This document shows, in pieces, positions 55,401 through 64,000 of a stretch of 64,000 nt of DNA (position 1 is its first letter; every line of letters starts with the position of its first letter). The DNA comes from Octopus sinensis. Lineage: Eukaryota. Location of the stretch: NCBI RefSeq assembly GCF_006345805.1, contig NC_043003.1, positions 38,006,001-38,070,000 of the forward strand, given 5' to 3'. Under the pieces are notes generated by a model. That model ran no database searches. It was not told the DNA's origin and saw nothing but the letters and a program-made list of their open reading frames with translations. A program made the translations under genes and the position numbers.

Positions 55401-56161
55401 TGGGTGTAAGCGTATTGCTGTGGATGTCGAGCTTGATACGTATGTATATGAGTGTGTATTGGGGGGTTGTACGTATTTATTGTGTGCATGTGCTTCACGC
55501 ACGTGCGTCCACACACTCATATACATACGTATCAAGCATTTTTCCAGCGTTCCTTCATGCTTTCACAAAGTAGGTCCCAATGCTGGAGTTGACTTTGCTC
55601 AAATCTTTGAATGGAGGAGAAGCAGGACTGGTGCGAGGCCTTGCATTCTGATAGTTTGTTTTCCCAAGAAGAAAGGGAAATGTTGTTTCACTTCGGATTG
55701 TGTTGTTATTTTTCTTTGAAGTGCAAGAGTGGTCTCGTGTTCATGTGTACCCTTCTCTAGAATTCATGTGATTGTTGTAAATGAGCATCATTGCCATACA
55801 AGTGGGGTTATTCATTTCCAGTCTTCCTATCTTGTATAAGAACTGGGAAACAGGTGATGGTTGGCAGCAGGAAGTTGTCCAGCTGTAGAAAATATGTCGC
55901 AACATATTCTTACTGATCTATGCATTTGTGGCAAAGCAATAACATTGATGATTTTAAAAGGCTTGCTTTTTTTATACTGAAATTTTTGTTATTTTCAGGT
56001 GGTCAAATTTAGAAAGATTAGAAGATGGTGATGTTTCTTGTATGAAGAGTTTATTGAATACTTCAGACTCCAAAGAATCTAGTCTGAGCAACAGCCAGTC
56101 ATCAGATAACACTGTGACATCAGACACTGAAGAAATTGTTATAGAGGAATTTGACGACTGA
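7079..56161 (+). CDS. RAD17: RAD17 cell-cycle checkpoint clamp loader, spliced, 17 coding exons, 648 aa
   Basis: join(7079-7165,9151-9375,16790-16864,19314-19467,20638-20762,22531-22583,23771-23896,25206-25275,27478-27589,28966-29160,29494-29582,31084-31230,40494-40640,44107-44146,46528-46614,48203-48254,55999-56161). All GT-AG, phases compatible, 1947 nt. RAD17 motifs: [13 protein letters not shown], Walker [82 protein letters not shown], acidic tail. Confidence 0.96.
9151..9375 (+). CDS. RAD17: RAD17 coding exon 2 ([11 protein letters not shown]...[13 protein letters not shown])
   Basis: TTTTCAG acceptor, GTATGT donor, 75 codons. WVxxxFD and WVDKxxP resemble the human WVDPSFD and WVDKYKP segments. 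Confidence 0.92.
9700..9932 (+). mobile_element. SINE family A (GAGCTGGCAGAAACGTTAGC head), nested in an antisense copy at about 9570-10021; other copies about 271-467, 7872-8073, 30635-30854, 54195-54310, 60690-60882
   Basis: Pol III B box GAGTTCAAATTC; TSD GGTAGTAGTTGAACT; multiple dispersed copies. Confidence 0.85.
11572..11955 (-). mobile_element. SINE family B with internal microsatellite; other copies about 3230-3570, 8704-9060, 16335-16512, 27215-27400, 47365-47760
   Basis: tRNA-like head GTGGTAAGTAGCTTGCTT..GGTTCCGGGTTCAGTCCC, CORE-like GCAAGTGTCTT segment, internal (CA/TA)n, (GTAAAA)n tail. Confidence 0.82.
12840..13900. repeat. Purine-rich degenerate low-complexity tract
   Basis: GA-rich, with imperfect internal repeats (tttcatgtgattag, ccatgaggtgagg). 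Confidence 0.6.
13918..14250 (+). mobile_element. HINE/Helentron-like repeat (related copy about 7376-7815)
   Basis: Shared gggtattgta..tgcaaaattactggaaaa..accaaatttggcagaaatactcattgg and a 3' hairpin GCATC..GATGC. Confidence 0.5.
16016..16310 (+). mobile_element. Full-length tRNA-derived SINE
   Basis: A box TGGCCCAGTGG, B box GGTTTCGATTCCC, body, then (TA)n tail. Confidence 0.85.
16790..16864 (+). CDS. RAD17: RAD17 coding exon 3 ([25 protein letters not shown])
   Basis: TTTTAG acceptor, GTATTT donor; RAD17-signature ELAVHKKK-like motif. Confidence 0.95.
16878..17339. mobile_element. Head-to-head inverted pair of a tRNA-headed element with a PLE-like tail
   Basis: Right copy 17114-17339 has A and B boxes; left copy 16878-17113 is its reverse complement. 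Confidence 0.8.
18455..18950 (-). mobile_element. Old RTE RT fragment
   Basis: [24 protein letters not shown]...[27 protein letters not shown]. Confidence 0.8.
19314..19467 (+). CDS. RAD17: RAD17 coding exon 4, Walker A ([24 protein letters not shown]...QEWTNP)
   Basis: TTTATAG acceptor, AAG|GTAAGT donor; P-loop GxxGxGKT. Confidence 0.97.
20638..20762 (+). CDS. RAD17: RAD17 coding exon 5 ([42 protein letters not shown])
   Basis: Tandem CAG/TAG acceptor, GAG|GTTTGT donor; KYxxL and Walker B IILVE|D. Confidence 0.96.
21071..22495 (-). mobile_element. Degraded RTE LINE, same family as 32037-33995
   Basis: Frameshifted ORFs [30 protein letters not shown]; 3' UTR and tail. Confidence 0.9.
22531..22583 (+). 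CDS. RAD17: RAD17 coding exon 6 ([17 protein letters not shown])
   Basis: TCTTGCAG acceptor, GTAAGT donor; resembles human DLPNQFYRD. Confidence 0.9.
23771..23896 (+). CDS. RAD17: RAD17 coding exon 7 ([17 protein letters not shown]...RLLFP...SHI)
   Basis: TTCTCAG acceptor, AG|GTAAGG donor; sensor-1 region PLVFIISD. Confidence 0.95.
25206..25275 (+). CDS. RAD17: RAD17 coding exon 8 ([23 protein letters not shown])
   Basis: Poly-T CAG acceptor, AAG|GTCAGT donor; FNPVA motif. Confidence 0.95.
26747..27215 (-). mobile_element. RTE 3'-UTR-type repeat with internal ~60-bp tandem units; other copies about 10647-10820, 11130-11325, 15600-15840, 24308-24570, 25705-26120, 30197-30540, 37455-37800, 39930-40165
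   Basis: Shared GGATGCCCTTCCTAACGCCAACCACT core and (GAT)n tail, homologous to the UTR of the RTE at 32037. Confidence 0.8.
27478..27589 (+). CDS. RAD17: RAD17 coding exon 9 ([10 protein letters not shown]...[17 protein letters not shown])
   Basis: TTTGTAG acceptor, AAG|GTTTGT donor; sensor-2 GDIR. Confidence 0.96.
28285..28534. mobile_element. hAT MITE
   Basis: Degenerate left TIR, right TIR GGTTGACAACCACTG; 8-bp TSD CTCTAGAT on both sides. Confidence 0.8.
28966..29160 (+). CDS. RAD17: RAD17 coding exon 10 (DTSDLIG...[21 protein letters not shown])
   Basis: CCTAG acceptor, GTGAGT donor; highly conserved RAD17 block. Confidence 0.97.
29494..29582 (+). CDS. RAD17: RAD17 coding exon 11 ([30 protein letters not shown])
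   Basis: TTTTCAG acceptor, GAA|GTTCGT donor; resembles human LPSHLSEYERDTLLVEPE. Confidence 0.9.
31084..31230 (+). CDS. RAD17: RAD17 coding exon 12 ([25 protein letters not shown]...[16 protein letters not shown])
   Basis: TTACAG acceptor, GTACGT donor, 49 codons. Confidence 0.96.
32037..33995 (-). mobile_element. Young 5'-truncated RTE-clade LINE (RT, PHD-like finger, 3' UTR, (GAT)n tail)
   Basis: Uninterrupted ORF from [15 protein letters not shown] through [51 protein letters not shown] to the stop at 32540. The 3' UTR ends in the GAT repeat at about 32037. Confidence 0.93.
34035..34298 (+). mobile_element. RTE 3'-UTR fragment, head-to-head with the RTE above
   Basis: AGTGGTTGGCGTTAGGAAGGGCATCCAGC...CATGGAAAACGGACGCTAAA(TGA)n; reverse complement of about 32040-32300. 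Confidence 0.85.
34661..35568 (-). mobile_element. hAT (Charlie/Buster-type) internal-deletion derivative with BED-finger remnant
   Basis: TIRs CAGAGGTTCCCAA / TTGGGAACTCCTG. 8-bp TSD TTCTAGAT at 34653-34660 and 35569-35576. Minus strand about 34890-35090 reads [30 protein letters not shown] (frameshifted). Confidence 0.88.
35585..35945 (+). mobile_element. RTE LINE 3' fragment
   Basis: [50 protein letters not shown]. Confidence 0.8.
36001..36391. mobile_element. piggyBac-like MITE containing another repeat fragment
   Basis: Ends TTAACCCTTTTGTTAC / GTAACAAAAGGGTTAA (TTAA plus CCC TIR). Confidence 0.75.
37803..39678. repeat. About 1.9-kb compound (TA/TG/TATG) microsatellite
   Basis: Direct inspection; source of the spurious 300-630 aa YMCVI ORFs. 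Confidence 0.97.
40494..40640 (+). CDS. RAD17: RAD17 coding exon 13 ([21 protein letters not shown]...[16 protein letters not shown])
   Basis: TTGTAG acceptor, AAG|GTGAGT donor. Not in the ORF track. Confidence 0.95.
41153..41594 (+). mobile_element. CR1-clade LINE 3' fragment, young
   Basis: [50 protein letters not shown], intact to the stop, with an (AACT)n tail. Confidence 0.92.
41627..41946. mobile_element. AT-rich palindromic foldback element
   Basis: AATTAGAAAAAAACACCTTTTATCAATTCAAAA... mirrored by ...TTTTGAATTGATAAAAGGTGTTTTTTTTTTCTAATT. Confidence 0.75.
41959..42470 (+). mobile_element. Helitron-like non-autonomous element
   Basis: ACTAGCAGTATCGCCCGGCGTTGCTCGGG ... TTTTATATATATAGAT; same 5' end as the element at 1080. 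Confidence 0.72.
42559..42956 (-). mobile_element. Helitron-like non-autonomous element, inverted relative to 41959-42470
   Basis: Reverse-complement termini of the same family. Confidence 0.72.
44107..44146 (+). CDS. RAD17: RAD17 coding exon 14, 40 nt ([13 protein letters not shown])
   Basis: TTTCAG acceptor, GTAAGT donor. Supplies the phase 0-to-1 shift needed between exons 13 and 15 and aligns with human YRENCLAAKALF. Confidence 0.85.
44865..45795. repeat. Inverted duplication, 225-bp arms (44865-45089 and 45571-45795)
   Basis: Arms are near-identical reverse complements with only a few mismatches seen; 481-bp spacer. Confidence 0.92.
45745..45974 (+). mobile_element. piggyBac-like MITE family (other copies about 18218-18439 (-), 44208-44422, and 46706-47095 interrupted by a SINE)
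   Basis: TTAACCCTTTAG...CTAAAGGGTTAA-type termini and a shared internal sequence in four copies. Confidence 0.75.
46528..46614 (+). CDS. RAD17: RAD17 coding exon 15 ([29 protein letters not shown])
   Basis: ATTTCAG acceptor, GTAAGG donor; resembles human LQTQLLPYLALL. Confidence 0.9.
48203..48254 (+). CDS. RAD17: RAD17 coding exon 16 ([17 protein letters not shown])
   Basis: TTTCCAG acceptor, AAG|GTAAGT donor; resembles human AQISFIQDIG. Confidence 0.9.
48690..49485 (+). mobile_element. Degraded RTE LINE RT fragment
   Basis: [35 protein letters not shown]; contains stops and frameshifts. Confidence 0.88.
49985..50322 (-). mobile_element. CORE-like tRNA SINE (related copy about 19625-19910, +)
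   Basis: Head TGGCTCAGTGGTTAGAGCG..GAGTTTGATTCC, then TGTGTTCTTGAGCAAAACAC. Confidence 0.7.
52700..55560. repeat. G-depleted degenerate tandem array with a GC-richer degenerate tail
   Basis: Recurrent blocks AAAATTATGAATGGAGAAATGGAATAAATGGAA (about 53139, 53826, 54738) and CCATGATAA..CTATATAGCAATCCCC (about 53290, 53560, 53970). Confidence 0.75.
55999..56161 (+). CDS. RAD17: RAD17 terminal coding exon 17 ([12 protein letters not shown]...SNSQSS...[12 protein letters not shown])
   Basis: ATTTTCAG acceptor, TGA at 56159-56161; acidic tail resembles human ENIIIEDYESDGT. Confidence 0.92.
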
Positions 56162-56262
56162 GTGGTGTCCCCCAACTTCCTTTCTTTTTTTTTTTTCTGA
56201 TCATCTTTCATCTCTCTATAATTTAAGAAATACACACATAACTGGGACTGCAAATTATTGCT

Positions 56263-56294
<32 letters not shown>

Positions 56295-56300
<6 letters not shown>
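56295..56300 (+). terminator. Candidate RAD17 poly(A) signal AATAAA
   Basis: First AATAAA after the stop codon, formed at the end of an (AAT)n tract, with GT-rich sequence about 20 nt downstream. Confidence 0.45.
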
Positions 56301-56301
<1 letters not shown>

Positions 56302-56339
56302 GAAATGCATCAAAGTAGGTGTGTGTAGATACACACGTA

Positions 56340-57369
56340 TGTTTATACATATATGTATACATACACATACACACACACACATATATAGATATATATATGC
56401 ATATATATATGCATATATATATATTTATATATACATATATAAATATATATGCATATATATATATATATGCATATATAAATATATATGCATATATAAATAT
56501 ATATGCAAATGCATATAAATATATATATGCATATAAATATATATATGCATATATAAATATATATATGCATATATAAATATATATGCATATAAATATATAT
56601 GCATATAAATATATTATGCATATAAATATATATATGCATATATAAATATATATATGCATATATAAATATATATATGCATATATAAATATATATATGCATA
56701 TATAAATATATATATGCATATATAAATATATATATGCATATAAATATATATATGCATATATAAATATATATATGCATATAAATATATATATGCATATATA
56801 AATATATATATGCATATATAAATATATATGCATATATATAAATATGCATATATATTCATATATATGCATATATATAAATATATATAAATATATATAAATA
56901 TATATGCATATATAGAGATATATGTATATAAATATATATGTGTATATAAATATATATGTGTATATATATATATATATGCATAGATATGGATATATATGTA
57001 TAGACATAAATATATGCATAGATATGGATATATATGTATAGACATAAATATATGCATAGATATGGATATATATGTATAGACATAAATATATGCATAGATA
57101 TGGATATATATGTATAGACATAAATATATGCATAGATATGGATATATATGTATAGACATAAATATATGCATAGATATGGATATATATGTATAGACATAAA
57201 TATATGCATAGATATGGATATATAGGTATAGACATAAATATATGCATAGATATGGATATATAGGTATAGACATAAATATATGCATAGATATGGATATATA
57301 GGTATAGACATAAATATATGCATAGATATGGATATATAGGTATAGACATAAATATATGCATAGATATGG

Positions 57370-57425
<56 letters not shown>
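56340..57425. repeat. Compound minisatellite: TATATGCATATAAA-type units, then a 38-bp unit x10.5, then (CA)n
   Basis: Unit TATGCATAGATATGGATATATA(T/G)GTATAGACATAAATA at about 56975-57372. Confidence 0.95.
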
Positions 57426-57426
<1 letters not shown>

Positions 57427-57439
57427 GTTAGATATAGAT

Positions 57440-57810
57440 ATACATAATGCTGCTACACCAGTTTCTAGATATTACACCTTTCTGGTATTTCTTAAAACAT
57501 GAACAGAATGACAGCAATTAGAAGCTCCAGGACAAGGCAGAGGCTGGCTCTCACACTGTTGGTTCTTGGTTCATCAGCTTCAAAATGTTTCCTTGTATTC
57601 TTACTGTTCACATGAATTTATGCAAATTTGATGTTGTCAGAAAATAAACAAGTCCAATAGTCTTGATTTACATGTCTCCTCCAGATAATGGAGATGATAC
57701 CAATGTATGTGACTTTAAAGGCGTTGATATCAATGCAAGGTGAAGAGTGTGTTCTTTTCATATTTGGTACCTCAATGCGAAGAGCGGTGTTTCCTCTTAA
57801 CTTCACTGGT
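57440..57810 (-). mobile_element. Second copy of the ancient RTE 3' end
   Basis: Nucleotide homology to 61015-61330 (ataatgctgctacaccag, ggtatttcttaaaacatg, ttgtattcttactgtt). Confidence 0.65.
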
Positions 57811-57954
57811 CAAAAATATATATATAAACGAGTATACCAGCATTGTCAAAAATGCCAACAATTTTATTAATGATACAAAATGGCACATCAATTGATGCAT
57901 TGGATGAATCTGATAGTATTGTAATGTCTAAGTTCAAAATATTGTCCACATGAT

Positions 57955-59903
<1,949 letters not shown>

Positions 59904-60649
59904 TATACATAGATTTAGGCCAATATAAAGTTTATATACATATATATACGCTTACACACACCCATACTTATGTATATAAATACATAGAGATAGATACCCA
60001 CACTTGTGTATTTGTATATAGACATCTCTCTCTCCCTCTCACATACATGTACCTATTTGTATATGCATCTTTGCGTGTGCATACATATTCATGTGTATGT
60101 TTCTTTATGTATTTTAGATCGAAGAAATCAGTAAAATATATTATCTTTAACTTGGAAGAGTTAAATAAGGGCTTTTATCCGAAATGGCAATAATGGGAAA
60201 ATGGACTAAAACAAAAGGAGGAGAAATGGAAGTGTGTGTGTGTGTGTGTATCATTGTTCATGTAACATTTATATATAGGCTGTTATGTAAATGATAATAT
60301 TTTGTGAACAATAGTATTTAATATTTAATTTCACATATATATATTTATATATCTGTGTGTGTGTGTGTGTGTATGGAACTGATAAACTCAATATAGTATA
60401 TGATAAAATTTGCAGTTTATTTTGATTAAACTACCAGTGTCTTAAGAGCTAAACTTGAATGCTGTCTGTCTGCTTTACCACCTCTGACTCTTACTCACTC
60501 CCACTCCATTTGTTGTTTTACTTCGCTTCTCCTAGCATGATCGACAGGCCACATTGCATTTTTTACATGTAAGATTTCAAAAGTATGTATCCTTTATGTG
60601 TGACTTCTTTGAATCATTTGACTGCAGCCATGCAGTCTATATATATATA

Positions 60650-60691
<42 letters not shown>

Positions 60692-61014
60692 CAGTGAGCT
60701 GGCAGAAACGTTAGCACGCCGGGCGAAATGCGTAGCCGTATTTCGTCTGCCGTTACATTCTGGGTTCAAATTCCGTCAACTTTGCTTTTCATCCTTTCGG
60801 GGTCGATGTAATCGACTTAATCCGTTTGTCTGTCCTTGTTTGTCCCCTCTGTGTTTAGCCCCTTGTGGGTAGTAAAGAAATATATGTATATATATTGCTA
60901 GAATGTAAATGTCTGTGGGTGTGGGCATGCATGTGCATAGATATGTGCATGTACATATATACAAATATATATGCAATATATATATATGTATATACATATG
61001 TATGCACATATATA

Positions 61015-62225
61015 GATATAATGCTGCTACACCAGTCACTGTACTCTGAATAATGGCAATTTGTGACAGTGTAAAAGGCAGACGTAGAACTTTTGTCAGC
61101 ACTTTTATGAATCCAACAGATTTTGGTATTTCTTAAAACATGTACGGGACATGAGTGAGGCTGGTTCTGATGCTGTTGCTTCTTGATGCATCCACTTTAA
61201 AGCCTTTTGTTGTTGTATTCTTACTGTTTATATACAAATGAATTTTTTCAAATTTCTTATTGTCATCAGAAAACAGCCAAGTCAAATATTTGACTTACAC
61301 ATCTGCAGATCGTAGAGACATTACTTTTGCTGATTCGTATTTGTTGCCATTTCTTGCATCCATATGTAAAAATCGGAAGACATAGAGTTTTGTACATCTT
61401 TATCTTCATTGTTGGTTTGATATCTGATAATCAGAAGTGTTGAAGCTGTGACATTGCTCCACATTCTACTCTTCGTCTATCTATGATGTCACTGAGTTGT
61501 GAGAGAGAGAGATCAGTTACAGTTGATCCAAGGTAAGTGAATTTATCAACCTTGGATATCTATACCTGTTGTTTTGCCTGTGTTTATATTAATGGTGATG
61601 TACTTTTTCCTTTATTTGTTCATTTCTTGTGCCATAATCTTTGCTTCTCACATGACACGATCCAAGTAGTCCTTTTCTTGCGTGAGGCTAGGAGCAAAGA
61701 AAATAATATCATCTGCAAATGTGAGATACACTAACTTACGTGACTGATATGTGAATTCCGTCCTCCATATGGGCTGCAGCTTTCATTGCACGATCCATAA
61801 CCACTAAAAACAGATAAGGGGCTCTGATATCACCTTGTAGAATTCGATTCTGAGGTGTAAATACTGGGGACTGTTTTCCATTAACAAGGACTTATGCTGT
61901 TTGATGTTCATAAAGACATCTAATGCCCAATGTTATCTTTGATCATATTTTAACACCAGCCATCACAAAAGCTGCTGAGAAAACAATGGGTAAACACAAT
62001 CCTAATAGTGAAAACTCACCATGTGTTTCAGCAACCACATTGAGTCCTTATTTGGTTGGGGTACATGAAATTGGCGATAGAGAGCTTCTCTGCACTTCGA
62101 AGCTTCTTGAAACTCAGTAGGGTCAGGTTCATTGAAGGACATAGTCCAGCAAGTTTCTTCTTGGATACATCCGACTTGGAGAATCCAATAACCACCTGGC
62201 ATAGATTCTGGTTGACAGCCAGTAA
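61015..62225 (-). mobile_element. Ancient RTE LINE remnant
   Basis: KVDKFTYLGSTV and KIKMYKTLCLPIFTYGCKKW; many stops. Confidence 0.75.
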
Positions 62226-62990
62226 TATCCTTTTTTAGCAAAGCCACCACCCCTCGACAGACAAAAGCAGGAATTCTCCCGTTTTGCTGCCAGTTGCAGT
62301 AGACGTTTGCCAACAGGCCCGCAATCAAGTCTAGCATTGAAGTGTAAAGCTCGTAGGGCAGACCATCCAAACCCGGCGATCTACCTCTCGTGCAATTCTT
62401 CATCGCTTCCTCCACTTCCCAGGCAGATATAGGTCCTTCGCAGCACTCTGCCTCGCTGTCCGAGAGTTGTGGTAGGCCGTCCAGGTACACACCGAAGTCT
62501 GTACCGTTGGTGTCCGTTCCACCGCTCGTCCCAAACAGTTGAGCAAAGTGCCGCTGAAACACCGCATATATCTGCTTCGGTTCGGTAACCTCTCACATTC
62601 AAGCAACCGATTCTAAGTTTTGCCATGTTTCAAAGGTGACAAAAAAAATAAAAGGAGAAAAAGGCTCTACTTACTGTTGTTGGTGGTGAGCGTGGCTCCC
62701 TTGTGCAGGAAGAGGAGGAAAATTTTCGAAGACGTCACAAATGACGTCTTTGTTTACAGTCTTATTTGGAACATTGCACACGCTGGCACGTTCCTTCGAA
62801 ACACCTTCTTTGCCTTTTAAGGCACGAAATGGGCGGTTTGGAGCCGTCAACGAAACTTTTTTGTGTAGTGGGGGTGAAACTTGAAGAAGAGAACAGCCAG
62901 TTCTCTTCGAAGCCATATTTAAAAATTTTAAATGAAAATTTATGGAAAATCAAATTTTAAAACGTAATTTTACCCCCAATGGGGTAAAAT
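62226..62990 (-). mobile_element. Tx1/L1-clade LINE fragment, internally deleted
   Basis: ORF2 start MAKLRIGCLNVRG (APE N-terminus), then LSDSEAECCEGPISAWEVEEAMK..SPGLDGLPYELY..GVVALLKK; probable ORF1 end upstream. Confidence 0.85.
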
Positions 62991-63797
62991 TTTGCCTAGC
63001 CAACTAGCTCCGCAAGAAGTTAGTCGGCTTGGCCACACAAATATCCAAAAATATATACAATTTCAATCAATTTTTCAACAGAAATGGTGCAAAACTTACT
63101 CAGCTTCTGGAGACACGTCCGTCCACTTTGAAAGCAATAATAATAATAATAAAGCGGCCAGCAAGCATAACCAAAATAGGTAAAATATATATATAAATTG
63201 ATGTTTTCATGTTCGGGATCTCTACTTGAAGTGGCATTTTCTCCCCATTGAACTGGTGTCAAAACTATATATCTTTAGGATATATATATACTACAAAGTA
63301 AAGTACATATATCTTAGTATCAGTTGATTTCACCTTTTGTGCTAAAAGCACTGAGGACCATCAGCTAAGCTAACTGTATAAATTCTTTGCACCTTTCCTG
63401 TCAAGCAAAACCTACATTTATTGGACCATTCATGTATGGCTTCAACTTTTCTGTTTTCGATCTAGTAATATGTGGAATATTGTTTGTTTTCAGTGCTCAA
63501 ATGTGCCTTGCCAACTTTGTAGCTTTACTTTTCTCACTATGGCAGAAGAATGCCATATAATTGGTATACCGTTTTTTAAAATTCCTTTTGCATAGTCCAA
63601 TGTAGGTTTCCTTTTCAGTTAAATCGCTGTTACTAATGTTTGCCAAGACCTCTGCCTAGTATACAATAGACTTAGTTGAACACTGTTGGTCTAGTGGACA
63701 GGATTCTGTATTATGGCAATTACAGCCTGTGTTTGCCTCTTGCTGGCTCCTGTGGCTGATAATATATTTCATGTTAGGGCAGCAGCTGTATGATAAT

Positions 63798-63990
63798 TTA
63801 ACAGAATGATAATTTAACAGAATTTCTGTAAAATATCTTCCTGTATCTATGTCCTACAAGAAAGGGCTTATCTAAGAGTGTCAGGAATTTTTTAGTGATA
63901 TTTGATTTTACGCTTAAAGAAAAAGGATGGGTGAACCAAATAATTTTTCTGGATCTGTTTTTAGAATATTTTTTATGGTGTTGCACTTTA
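63798..63990 (-). mobile_element. Penelope-like element fragment
   Basis: RSRKIIWFTHPFSLSVKSNITKKFLTLLDKPF..IFYRNSVKLSF, matching the PLE IIWFNPPYS...IFNRNTVKISY segment. Confidence 0.8.
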
Positions 63991-64000
63991 TCATGGACTT

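Noticed and set aside
54877-55719. ORFs of 88-170 aa in the GC-richer stretch
   Set aside because: Sequence is degenerate homolog of the adjacent repeat array; no domain signal.
56975-57372. CRISPR-like 38-bp repeats
   Set aside because: Units are contiguous with no unique spacers, there are no cas genes, and the context is eukaryotic.

Overview
Eukaryotic, AT-rich genomic window from a coleoid cephalopod, most likely Octopus, inferred from the SINE, RTE and microsatellite repertoire. One host gene fills most of the window. It is a complete RAD17 (checkpoint 9-1-1 clamp loader) on the + strand, reconstructed by hand as 17 coding exons (7079..56161). All introns are GT-AG and phase-compatible, and the summed CDS is 1947 nt (648 aa + stop). 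A probable non-coding first exon and ETS-box promoter lie near 3600-3790. The introns and flanks hold RTE LINE fragments (one with an intact ~480-codon RT plus PHD-like finger), CR1, Tx1/L1 and Penelope fragments, tRNA-derived SINEs, hAT and piggyBac-like MITEs, Helitron-like elements and very long compound microsatellites. Most ORF-track entries are repeat or microsatellite artefacts. I found no CRISPR, rRNA, real tRNA gene or clearly new multi-gene system. Best leads: (1) splice features in RAD17 (dead exon copy acting as a decoy acceptor, an in-frame cryptic donor that would remove KYxxL and Walker B, a NAGNAG acceptor, a uORF and donor overlapping the start codon); (2) many intronic inverted repeats that could form dsRNA; (3) a G-depleted degenerate array with a G>A-biased inverted homolog, either hypermutation or a long-read artefact; (4) SINE-internal (TA)n tracts acting as TE landing pads. 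Coordinates were counted by eye, and repeat boundaries are approximate.
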